From Lingula anatina (Eukaryota; Animalia; Brachiopoda): a stretch of DNA of 64,000 bases. Below, piece after piece: positions 38,667-50,618 of this stretch. The DNA lies in the NCBI GenBank assembly GCA_051362555.1, contig CM120649.1, forward strand, positions 11,036,001 through 11,100,000, in the 5' to 3' direction. How positions within the stretch are numbered: the stretch's first letter is position 1; each line of letters begins with the position of its first letter. Below the pieces are notes generated by a model. That model did no database searches. It saw only the letters and a list, made by a program, of their open reading frames with translations, and was not told where the DNA came from. Made by a program: the position numbers and the translations under genes.

Positions 38667-40653
38667 ATTGTTTCCAGTCGGGAAAAGTTTAGGGCCGCTT
38701 GTCTGCCTTTGTGCGATCACCTGTCGTGGAAGATCGAGTATACATCGTACATGTAATGATATGTATACCAAACTCTCGTCATAGAGTTTTGATAAGGAAA
38801 ACAACAGAGGTCATGACCTCTCTACTTTCCCTGGTTTATACTCTTATTAATCTTAACGCAAACGTGCTTAAAGAGTATTATGCAGCTGACTCTCCGTCGC
38901 TGAGAAAATAAATATCTATATTCACGTCTCATGTGCATTAAGGTAAATTATAATGACACAGAAGATTACACTGTGGTTTCATTTTAGTTTTCCATGTCGC
39001 ATGTCATGTCCCGTGTACTGTAAAATGACATTCCCCCTGTGAAATAGGGTTGGGTTCCAGTTGACTTCTACAGGTAAACCTCAGCCTAGATTATGCCCCT
39101 CTATACATATAACGTTACGCTAAGCCGAACTCGTATGAATGTATGATTTCCTAGTGCATGTGAAAAGGACAGAAAAGCAATAGGTGCTAATGTGCGCGTC
39201 GCATGGAGAGCGGGTACGCGTCCCTCCCTCTCGGCTTCTGAGGCATCCACTTCTCCATTCCCCTTCCTCTCCCTTTGAAAATGATTTATAGATTAAAATT
39301 ATTCCAACAGTATTTGGCTGCAGGTACACTTTGGCAAAAAAGGGCAACTTGTTGAATTTCACACTTATTTTTGCTTTATAAAGGTGTACCGTGCATTTTT
39401 GTCTTCTAACTGATATCAGGGGCGAATCCAGAGATATTTTCTGACAGTCTCCCACATTGTTTTTTTGACCATCCTCCAGTTTTTTGCTGTCTTTTGACAG
39501 AAAAAATAGGTACTCATCAATGTAAACTTAGAAATTTGACCGTCTAGCGGAAGACCCAGAAGACCGCCTCATACTGTATATCCTAAGACGTTGGGATCAT
39601 CATTATCCTCCTCCTCCTCCTTCGTCTTTGGGCAAAATGAGAGCAATATGTTCAGACCACAGTTGTTTCCGTCTCATTATTGCATGAATTTCACTTGTTT
39701 GTAGCCCAGCATCATTCATGATAGTGTTAGAGTAAGTTACGTTTGGTCTCTGTCTCTGTTGGGTAGTAAACTTTCCAGCTGATACCCAATAGTCTTCTTA
39801 ATAGCAGTGCATAAAAAACATCTATGCTGTTTTCTAACTTCTTATTTATGGGACAAAGGTCTTTGAAAAGCTCCCCCGTAGCCAGAAATTGCAATAATTA
39901 CAGATTTTCACATCTTAGTAAAAATATTAAACCTTAGACTGCGCTCTCGGAGTGATTTTCTACTTTTCTGTGAATCGCACTTACACACACGCGCACACGC
40001 AAATACTTGTACATTCTCTCTCAGTATAAATACTGTATATATAAAATTACACTAGTGCATGTAGAAAAGAGGTTGATAATTTATGTGTTTAACTTTACAG
40101 TTGGAATATTAAGAAGTACATCCATGCTCGTCAATTTAATTGTAAAAAAACGATTAATAATTTCTCATTTTTAGATACATTGTTTTTTGGTTAACATTTA
40201 TAAAAAGCATAAAATAATATTTCTGTAGTATTTAACAAATTGTTCAGCTCCCTCCCATGTTGGAATTAATGTTCTTGTTCTACATAAACTAACATATTTA
40301 TTGATTGGGAAGATAAGTAAATAATAAATTTCAGTACAAGATTGCTTGCACAAGCCCGAATATAAAAATCTCCGAAGATCTCTCAATGACTGCCCCTAAA
40401 TCATCTTTAACGGAGCAAATGACACACCCTAGGAGTACTGCAAAATTCATTCTGTTCTGATAGTTCCTTTTTTTGGGGGGTGGGGGGGGGGGGGAGGAGG
40501 AGGGGGAGAGGGAGGGGGGAGGTGGCCATTGCATGAGATAAACATTAAATACTGAATATTCTTATATTTAGCTTGAATTGGAGCGTCTGCATTTTCGTAC
40601 CATCTGTTTCTTCTTATTGTAAAACTATCTGGACGGTTTTGGTCACTCTTTTA

Positions 40654-41367
40654 TAGTCCATGAGCCAAAATGAAAAAAGGCCTTATTTAAGGATTTGGCT
40701 GCACCCCCGTCACGCAAAGGTTTTATGATTGATTCTTGTAGTTTAGAACCTGAATTTTTCATTTCTGCTTGTTTCCGGCTTGAAAAAGTGTCCGTTGGTA
40801 CCGGAAACAAGCAAAATCAAAGATGGCCGCCAATAAATCCATGTGTCAACTGTAAATACAAAAATTGATTTAAAAGTTACTTAACAACTTAATATTATCA
40901 GAGTATGCACTGATCACAAGTACTTAGGCCTTCTTTGATTTTTCAGGCATTTTACATTTTTCAAGATGGCGACTGAATCCAAGATGGCGGCCATTTTCCT
41001 TACTTTTTGTGAAAAAAATACAAATACCTAAATTTGATTTTTTTTATTAACCAAAAATTAGGAATATTTTACATGTTTTGATGTAGTTGAATAAGTTGAA
41101 GTCTATATTTTTTAATTTTTACCAGTTAACTTATCATAAAATTGTATATTTGAACACAGATGGCTCTAATCCAAGATGGCCACCACATAAAATGGGCTTT
41201 TTGTTTTGATATGTTAACAAGCCTTTCTTAGTATAAAACATCTCAGACTACTTAATGGAGGATTTATTGCACAGGTCATGGTATGAAATGTATGACTGAA
41301 TAATTTAAATTGTTTTGAGATTTTGTTCAGGGTTGAAAAATCCAAAATGGCCGCCAATTTCTGGACT
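40654..41367. mobile_element. Junction element copy 3
   Basis: Near-identical to 32055-32768. Confidence 0.6.
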
Positions 41368-41664
41368 TTAGGGCTTATTTAGGATATTTGTTTTAGACAG
41401 TTAGCAGATGTTATACTTATTGCCCAAACACACGTGATACATTTCCTTAAAGAGGGATTTTAACAGCAATTAATTATGCTAGTACAGCAATTTTTAATTT
41501 TTGATCCTATCTCTAAAGACCTCTTGTCAAGGAGCCAGGCCAACTCCGATGCTCTACATTATATCGAGTGACAGACCAGCCTTCCAAACTCTGTGTCAAG
41601 CTTTGAAGGACTCAAGGGAGTTGCTCCTCTGAGGAGCACGTATACTCCTCTCCCCCTACTCCAA

Positions 41665-41695
<31 letters not shown>

Positions 41696-41895
41696 ATGAA
41701 GAAATGAAGAAATAAAGACAGAAAGAGAAGGAAGAAAATCGTAGGCTTATGTTTTACGATTAAAATGTCCTCATCTACTGTCTTATATTTGACGAGCGAA
41801 GCAAAACATTTTTTAAATATAATATGCCTTCCCCGACACACAAACGCCTGTATACGACATTGATACACGACGGCGTTCAAAGATAATATGTCGTG

Positions 41896-42080
41896 TCCCC
41901 ACATGCTAAAGTTCACTTTACACATGCATCGTTCTACGGTCGCCATAATAACAATTCAATAACATCCATTGCCTTTTTGTTCAACAATGCGTTGAACAAA
42001 AAGGCAATGGATGTTATTGAATTGTTATTATGGCGACCGTAGAACGATGCATGCATAAAGTGAACTTTAGCGTGTGGGGA
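41896..42080. repeat. 90 bp-arm fold-back palindrome with 5 nt loop
   Basis: 41896-41985 is the reverse complement of 41991-42080 (3 mismatches counted); loop AATGC. Confidence 0.92.
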
Positions 42081-42221
42081 TCGTGTGGTGCGTGTGGTGC
42101 GGTGCGTGAAGCAACAATACCACCAGATTAAATACTGCAAAAGTAAAAAGACTCTCCACTAGTAGCCTTGACTTAAGCATACATGCTATTGTGCCCTTGG
42201 AGACGGGTAATCAATAGCAGA

Positions 42222-42324
42222 TGCGCATGCGCCAATTACTTATCACTACTTCCAATCAAGTCTTCTGTTATAATATACTTCGTGGAGTTATTTTGTGCAC
42301 GTTTTCAGCAATAATAGGGTGAGT
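42222..42324 (+). promoter_or_regulatory. Putative promoter / non-coding first exon, unit 4
   Basis: TGCGCATGCGCCAAT; donor GTGAGT at 42319; the nearest copy to the scramblase acceptor at 49778. Confidence 0.45.
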
Positions 42325-43072
42325 ACATTAACTTAATTACTAATGTCTCTATTATAACTAATTGTTTCCAGTCGGGAAAAGTTTAGGGCCGCTTGTCTGC
42401 CTTTGTGCGATCCCCTGTCGTGGAAGATCGAGTATATACATCGTACATGTAATGATGTGTATACCAAACTCTCGTCCTTTTGATAAGGAAAACAATAGAG
42501 GTCATAACCCCTCTACTTTCCCTGGTTTATACTCTTATTAATCTTAACGCAAACGTGCTTACAGAGTATTATGCGGCTGACTCTCCATCGCTGAGAAAAT
42601 AAATATCTATATTCACTTCTCATGTGCCCACTGCATGGAGTTCATTAAGGTAAATAATAATGACACAGAGGATTGCACTGTGGTTTTCCAAAGTCGCATG
42701 TCATGTCCCGTGTACTGTAAAGTAACATTCCCCCTGTGAAATAGGGTTGGGTTCCAGTTGACTTCTACAGGTAAACCTCAGCCTAGATTATGCCCCTCTA
42801 TATATATATATAACGTTACGTTAAGCCGAACTCGTATGAATTTATGATTTCCTAGTGCATGTGAAAAGGACAGAAAAGCAATAGGCGCTAATGTGCGCGT
42901 CGCATGGAGAACGGGTACGCGTCCCTCCCTCTCGGCTTCTGAGGCATCCACTTCTCCATTCCGCTTCCTCTCCCTTTGAAAATGATTTATAGATTAAAAT
43001 TATTCCAACAGTATTCGGCTGCAGGCACACTTTGGCAAAAAAAAGGCAACTTGTTGAATTCCACACTTATTT

Positions 43073-44103
43073 CTGCTTGCAACATGACAACCCAACTCCC
43101 CACACAGCCCGCTTAATTGCAGACTATATCCGACAAAACAACATTCAGTTGATGCCACAGCTAGCAAGAAGCCCATATGCAAACCCAATTGAGCACATGT
43201 GGGACGAACTTGGTTGTGCTATTCAGAAGAGAAAATAATAATAATAATAATAATAATAATATATTTATTTTAAGTCTAAACTCCATATGAATATGTTCGT
43301 TAGACTTTACAAATATGTACATACATATAACAAGTATACAGCTGGTCAAAACACGCTGTGTACAATCTCGCCTCCCTGGGGAGGATACAGCCCCGCTGCC
43401 GTATGAGGCGCTGAGTGCTATCAATCTTACAATATCGTTCTCTGCCTGACCAGGACCCTGCTTCAACCCCAAAGTGCTGAGTGCCAAGCGGGGAGACAAC
43501 AGGTACCGTTTATAAAGGACTGGTATGTCCCCGGACGGGTTTTGAACCCACGTCCTCCCGCTCCGGAGGCGGACACTCTAACCACAAGGCCATCCGGTCG
43601 GTTATAACAGTACCAAGTGAAAACCTTCCCCTGCAAATCTAGATGAACTGCGAGATGCCCTATAAGATGAATGGACCATAATTCCTCTCCAAAAAGCTGT
43701 AACTTTTGTTCACAGTATGCCACGCCGTCTGGCGGCCATTATCCAAGCTCGGGGTGGGCATACCCGCTATTTAGAGTATTAATGAATTCTGAAGATGTTT
43801 CTAGACAATTTCCCCTTATTTCATATTAATTGTCACTCACAGTATAAATTTATGTTTAATTTTTCACTTGGTACTGTTATGTAAAAAAGTACTCTTTTGG
43901 GGGGGCATGGGAAAAAAAAACCTAAATAAATTAACGCTTTTTTCACATTTGCATTGTTTGTTTCTCCTTGACTTTACCAATCCTCCAGCTTCACATATTT
44001 AACAATATAAGCAGTATTAATTTGATAATATAAATTATAATGAAAGAAACAGGGCGATATGTATCCCAAAATTTCCGTGTACCAACCATTTTGGGCAAGA
44101 GTG
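43073..44103 (+). mobile_element. 3' half of a Tc1-family transposon, interrupted by a SINE
   Basis: QHDNPTPHTAR..SPYANPIEHMWDEL, then after the SINE SMPRRLAAIIQARGGHTRY; right end ..TTGGGCAAGAGTG|TA. Confidence 0.85.
43234..43603 (-). mobile_element. tRNA-derived SINE (Meta-SINE-like central domain)
   Basis: Minus strand: A box TGGCCTTGTGG, B box GGTTCAAAACC, central GGTACCTGTTGTCTCCCCGCTTGGCACTCAGCAC, (ATT)n tail. Confidence 0.8.
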
Positions 44104-45037
44104 TATATAACGTTACGCTAAGCCGAACTCGTATGAATGTATGACTTCCAAGTGCATGTGAAAAGGACAGAAAAGCAATAGGTGCTAATGTGCGCGTCGC
44201 ATGGAGAGCGGGTAAGCGTCCCTCCCTCTCGGCTTCTGAGGCATATACTGTATATATAAAATTACACTAGTGCATGTAGAAAAGAGGTTGATAATTTAAG
44301 TGTTTTACTTTACAGTTGGAATATTAAGAAGTACATCCATGCTCGTCAATTTAATTGGAAAAAAGGATTAATAATTTCTCATTTTTAGATACATTGTTTT
44401 TTGGTTAACATTTATAAAGAACATAAAATAATATTTCTGTAGTATTAAACAAATTGTTTAGCACCCTCCCATGTTGGAATTTATGTTCTTGTTCTACATA
44501 AACTAACATATTTATTGATTGGGAAGATAAGTATATACTTTTTTTTTAAATAAATGTAACGGCCGTTAAAATCGAGCAGATTTCTTTCCCATATGCGAGA
44601 CAGAAATACCTGCATTCATGGCTCTTTTACAACAGCTTGAGCTTAAGGGTAAACACAAAACAACTACGTCAACAACCAACACATAATAGACGTTCCTTTT
44701 GTACTCAATGTTGCTATGTTAAGGTCAGCGTCAGGTAATAAACAGACGCCATTTTTTTCTCTACCCTAGCACAGTTCTAAAGGATAATAGGAAGAAACAA
44801 GGTGCAAAACAAGGATATAAAAAAAAGTGGGGATAGATATGGCCATAAGCCAGTGAAAGGCTGAACATAGGACAAGTGGTAACCTATAACTGTGACCTCT
44901 GTTGATTACAACTGCAGCGTTTGGGAGGAGAAAGAAACCGAGCATTTTTTGACAATTTTAGAATGAATTATTAGACAGAATTTTTTTTCTGTGGGTATTC
45001 TAGTTGAAGTGCACTTAATGTTATCACCTCAGTTATC

Positions 45038-45178
45038 TTTTTTTTTTATTGTCAATAATATCAGAAATATCAATCATCATACAGCATTTCGTTAACATAC
45101 ATAAAATACAGACTTGACATTTAATATGGAATATTTCAGTTTCGAAGGTAAACCTAGGTAAAAATATGTTCTTTTTTC

Positions 45179-45210
<32 letters not shown>

Positions 45211-48200
45211 GATCTCATATAAGATTTGTGAATGTAAAAGTGTGTAGTCAGGTGTGTCACTACCAATTTACTGACTTTTATGCCTGTTGCGCTGCTACAT
45301 TATGTAATTTGCAGTGATTTAATTGGGTAGTGTTCCTTTGGGTTGATCAAAGCTTGGCTAGGCAAAGCTTGGTTCTGTCAAAAAAAGTATCCATATTTAG
45401 GCAACTACTGCATAGAAGAATTTGAAATTTTGCATGCAAGCGGTCAGTTTTGTAGTGCGTAAGATGGATCAAGTAGTGCATTACAAATTTGTTAATCTAA
45501 GGCAGAATGGCGCGAAAAAGACAGACATAACCAGACAGATCATAGCGCCAAACGGAACGGTCCCCACAGTTTTATAGAGTAATGCCCAGACTGCTGTACC
45601 TACACAGAGGTCACTCCCAATGTATCAAAATCTTACCTACAGGGTACAGGACCCACTGTCTTTCGGGATACGCTGCTGCAAATAAACAAAAACACTTAGT
45701 CCGTTCAGAACGAGGGGTAAATTTCCACTAAAATGCGTTTTTCAAAGCCCTTAGCGAACACCAAACTGGTTTTAGCAGGTAAGAACACCAAACGACCTCC
45801 GAGGCACCCACTGTAAACAGCAAAACATCGTCGTCTGTTTCTCTAATGAATTTGGGGCCATGACCGTTTCTGGGTAGAACACTGAAACTGCGTGACTTTC
45901 TTTATTGAGGTCAGATTTCACCTGTACCGCCCAATTAGTCAAAACAGAGTTTACAGATATCCAGAAGAGGCCTACGACGAAGCATATGTCGGGTCTAAAG
46001 TGACAAGGGCGATTGACAGCGTCAGTATTTGGAGTAAATACCACATTGGTGCCAAAACACCAATGGTAGTCATCGACGAAAACCTGAACCAGATCAAATT
46101 AAGGAATAATCTCGGAACCACTTGACTATCATTTGATAGGGGGCACCTTAGGAACAATTCTAGGTTGCATGATGAGGTTGCAGGTTCACACAGAGCACTT
46201 TTAATAGCAGATAAATTACAGAACCAAGGGAATGAGCAGCTACCCTGGTCATCAAAATCGCCACATTTGAACCATATAGACAATATTTCGGTAGACCATT
46301 ACTCGCCAATCAACTGCCTACATGTCCTACAACAAAACTGGACCAGATTGGACAAATTTAGACCGATGCCTGGAATGCTATTCCAGATTGAACTCTAAAA
46401 ACCTACCCCCAAGGAATGCCTTGCCGCTTGAGAGCGCTGGCAACAGCCACGAAGAGGCCAGGCGTAACAGCGACCATTACTGTTACTAGCAACTGACATG
46501 AGGGTCTTTTGTGGAGCGTATTACCCTTTTACAGACGATAATTTGGAAAATATGGAGATCCAAATATCTCTTTTAATGGAAGTTGTATGACATAGAATAG
46601 GCAATGTGTTTTTGTTTGCTTCTCTGGCGAATTCCATTAATGAACTGATGTCACAATGACATCAAAGAGATAATTTAAAGTTATTAAAACACGATTTTAA
46701 TCCTAATTTTCATTTATCAGTCAGCAAAATGGGAAAAACTGATAAAAAATTATTTCGAAAAAAATATTCCATATTAAATGTCAAGTCTGTATATACAGTG
46801 GGAAATAAACAATGTGAGGAGGTCACTGAAACACGTTACCCAACGAATTCCATCGTTCAGTATATTCTCCATATTTTCCATTACTTATGTACATGTATTT
46901 TTCCATTTCGAAATAGTTTTTTAGTTTATTTTGTAGACATTGAAAATCTAATCTTTTTTCATTCATTCTTTTCCCATATATACTTCGTTACCAGTATGAG
47001 TATATTAATGGCTGCACATTTTGTATCGTTTTTCAAAAACAATATATCTGCTAAAGAAAAATTAATATTCAAGAGTGCTTTCTCATTTATCAATTTTTTA
47101 AAATCTTCCCATAGCGGCTGAACCAAATCACAATAAAAGAACAAATGTTCATTGCTTTCAATTTCCTTTTCACAGAAAGAACACAATGAGCTATCTTCAA
47201 CCTTAATTCTCTTAAGAAATTCATTTGTTGCAATAATTCTATGTACTATTCTATATTGAAACCATCTTAAAGTCGTATCTTTCGTAAAGTAGAATATATT
47301 TTTATTTATCATAGTCCAGTCTAAATTTTCATCAATATTTATTTTCATCTCCCATTTAGCCTCAGATGCCGGTTTACAATACGCATTACTAATCAATGTG
47401 TCATATATTAACCGCGATCCCTTAGATCTTTACATATTATTTCTATAAATTTAGGTCTGTAGGGTAGCGCCAATTTGACGTTTTCTTCCCTAAGCTGTGG
47501 CCACCGTTGTGTTATTGCAGTCTTAAGAAATAATGTAAACGGACATTTAATGTCATACTGGGAACTAAATGATTCGAAAGAATGCGGTTTTCCACTATTT
47601 TCAAACAGGTCATTTACTATATTTACACCCCTGTCATTCCAAGACTTAAAATAAATATCATTATTATCAATATCCATCCTCACCTCTGAGCTATTCCATA
47701 TAGGCTTTTTCAAAATGTCTTTCAAAGTATCTGAACTTGAGATATCTCTTTTAAACTCCGCAAGGTAAAGAACGGTTTCTTTCCAAAAATAATTGGTCAT
47801 GTTTTCCGCGCACCTAACCAAGTATACGTCTCTCCGATCAATAAGTCGATTTATATTAATATTTTGTGTATCTATCATAAGTCTAACCCAATCTGTGTCA
47901 TTTTTTGTCATGAGTTTCCTTATCCAAGTTAATTTTAAGCTTTTTATAAACGTTTCTATGTCAATCATTCGACAGCCTCCACATTCTATTGGTTGAATAA
48001 GCACCTTCCTAGCTATCCTATCCCTTTTATTGTTCCAAATAAATTTAAAATCTCTTTTCATCTCGTTTCATCTTTTGGTTTAGGTAAGGAAATACATAAG
48101 TGAGTAAATTTGGATAAAAATAGGGTTTTCACTACTGTAATTTTTCCCAAAGGGGTTAAATTTCTCCTATTCCAACTATCCGAGTAATTTAAGTCTTCAA

Positions 48201-48336
48201 TATTTTCCAAATTTGCATAAAGTGTTATACCTAAGGCCACAAAATTGCTATTTGTCCACTGCAAATTATATTCGGGGCAAAGAACCTCGTCTGAACCTCG
48301 TTTAAGTCCGACCCAAATTGCTTTTGTTTTTTCTAT
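45038..48336 (-). mobile_element. 5'-truncated L1/Tx1-clade LINE (post-RT region, Cys-rich C-terminus, 3' A-tail), split by a Tc1 insertion
   Basis: WNRRNLTPLGKITVVKTL, FIWNNKRDRIAR, FQYRIVHRIIATN..CSFCEKEIESNEHLFFYC; T-run at 45038-45047 is the poly-A tail on the minus strand. Confidence 0.85.
45109..46789 (+). mobile_element. Full-length but decayed Tc1/mariner transposon
   Basis: 28 bp perfect TIR CAGACTTGACATTTAATATGGAATATTT with TA on both sides. Transposase relics (RFHLY..RVYR, KTPMVVIDENLN, LPWSSKSPHLNHIDNI). Empty site at ~53555-53565. Confidence 0.9.
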
Positions 48337-49621
48337 AAAAAATTTCTGTACAAGATTGCTTGCACAAGCCCGAATATAAAAATCTCCGAAGATCTCTCAA
48401 TGACTGCACCTAAATCATCTTTTACGGAGCAAATGACACACCCTAGGAGTACTGCAAAATTCATTCTATTCTGATTCTTCCTTCTTTTTGGGGTGAGGGG
48501 GGGGGGGGAGGGGAGGTGGCCATTGCATGAGATAAACATTAAATACTGAATATTCTAATATTTAGCTTGAATTGGAGCGTCTGCATTTTCGTACCATCTG
48601 TTTCTTCTTATTGAAAAACTATCTGGATGGTTTTGGTCACTCTTTTATATTTAATCGAGCAAATTATTTTATGGGATACATATACGATGTGCAATTTTCT
48701 ATCATGAGTAAAGATAGTTTTACGCCATCCAGACGGTATGCTCCTTAGAATACTGTAGTAGTCCATGAAGTTCTTCTAGAGAGAGTGGATTTCCATCGTC
48801 ATTTACAATATCATTTATTTTTTACCCTCTATCAGGGCCACATATTTATCTTTCACTAGATATACACAGATACATGTATGTCACTGCTTAATTCAGTACA
48901 CTTTTTGCGTAAAAGAAATTAATCTGGGTCCCTGGTAAAGGGCACCATTTTCAAACTATCTTTAATAGAAAATATATTTTTCTCATTTATTTTGATTTTT
49001 TAAAAGTTATGATTAATATCATTACCAAACTTGCAACCGGAGGGTTGGATAATTACAGTCGTTGTATCATAGTTGAATAAAACCATTAGTAAATAACAAT
49101 AAAGGAATATTAAAAAACATGTAAACAAATTTAAAACAAAAAGTTACTAAAATGCAAGATTTAAAAAAAGAAATAAAAGTCAGATCATTCTGAAAATTGC
49201 ATATGTCACTTGTTAAAAAGTCACTCATTGATCGTTTGGTTTTAATTTTAGGTCTTTTGAATGTTTGCTGCTCCCTTGATGAATAATTGACATTTTGTCT
49301 TAGTTGTAAAAAGATAATGCAGTCTATGATCCCTATGATCCGGTTTATTTGATAATCTAATAAACAATTTTTGCATGCATTGCGTGCATTAAATAATGAT
49401 AGGCATAGGATTCCACCTTGGGTTATATTGTTTTTTTTTCTAAATTTTACACGAGGAATCAACGTTTTGCCCAAAAAGGGACAGCTAGTTGCTTGTAGTG
49501 TTTTCAATTCACCTTTTGTGAAGGTCCACATTTTATTATCCCCAATCCCTGACAGTCCACTGAGAAAAAGGTCTTTCGACATACTCTAATTTTCTTTTTA
49601 TTATTGTATTATTAGCCATGA

Positions 49622-49669
<48 letters not shown>
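49622..49669. repeat. (AAT)n microsatellite
   Basis: Direct reading. Confidence 0.95.
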
Positions 49670-49670
<1 letters not shown>

Positions 49671-49786
49671 TTTTGTTTAGTTTTTCTTAGCATTGAAAGG
49701 GGGAATGCAAAATAATGTTATCCACGTGTCTTAAAATCATTTTGAATCATAATTTCATTAAATTTTCTCGTGTTCCAGATAGCACC

Positions 49787-50541
49787 ATGATGAACGCACA
49801 GCCAATGATGATGCAGCCGGGAATGCAACCGGTCCCAGGTTAGTAAACTACAGATATCTAGGTCAATGTTAACCTCAAAGACCTAAATGTCTATAGGCCC
49901 TATAGACACGTGTGTAGACATTGAAATAATAGTAAAATTAAAAGGTGGTATTTTGTCTTAATCTATCCATTTTTCTATATAGAACCAACAAACACGTACC
50001 CAGTAGATATATACCGGTTCAATTTTCAGTCTGTCAAGTGCTAAAGACTGAATTATTCTGCATTCTTGGTCCTTGACGTTTTCAGTACATCTTGAGTGAA
50101 CGTTCACGGTGATCTTCACCGCCTCTTACAATGCGTGTATCCAATACGTATACCGGTACATTTAGAGTTTTTTTTTGCGAATCGAAAGAAAGGTAATACT
50201 TACCGTGTATTTATATTTAATTGAAAAAAATTACAAAAATAAAAAAGAGTTACATGTATATATACATGCGCAGTTCAAAAATAATAAAAGTTTATACAAA
50301 CAGGTAAAATTCCAATACTAACATTTAATTAGTAAATATTTACAGTAAACATATTTTAAACACTGTATTGACAAATATGGGTTTACGCAAATAATTGTAT
50401 TTTTAACGTCAGAGATGAAACTACTCTGTATTATTGTAGACTGAGGAAACATGTACAGGTACATGTAGTTAAAGCGTACAGCCAGCCACCAATGTACCAA
50501 ATCACCTATTGCATGTTTACAATATCACAGTCATATCGGAT

Positions 50542-50618
<77 letters not shown>

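Larger units (their letters stand above)
22011..48649 (+). repeat. Four-unit tandem segmental array (basic unit ~2.9 kb)
   Basis: Units start TTAGGGCTT and end GGTCACTCTTTTA: 22011-32054 (interrupted), 32769-35665, 36365-40653, 41368-48649 (interrupted). The duplicated ORF translations in the track reflect this array. Confidence 0.92.

Noticed and set aside
33013-43066. Repeated 60-110 aa ORFs (MPSPT.., MSAFV.., MGD.QK..) in array units
   Set aside because: Identity reflects recent DNA duplication; the frames break in the more diverged units and show no protein motifs.
43530-43603. tRNA gene
   Set aside because: The A/B boxes continue into a SINE body and tail, and no proper acceptor stem is evident.
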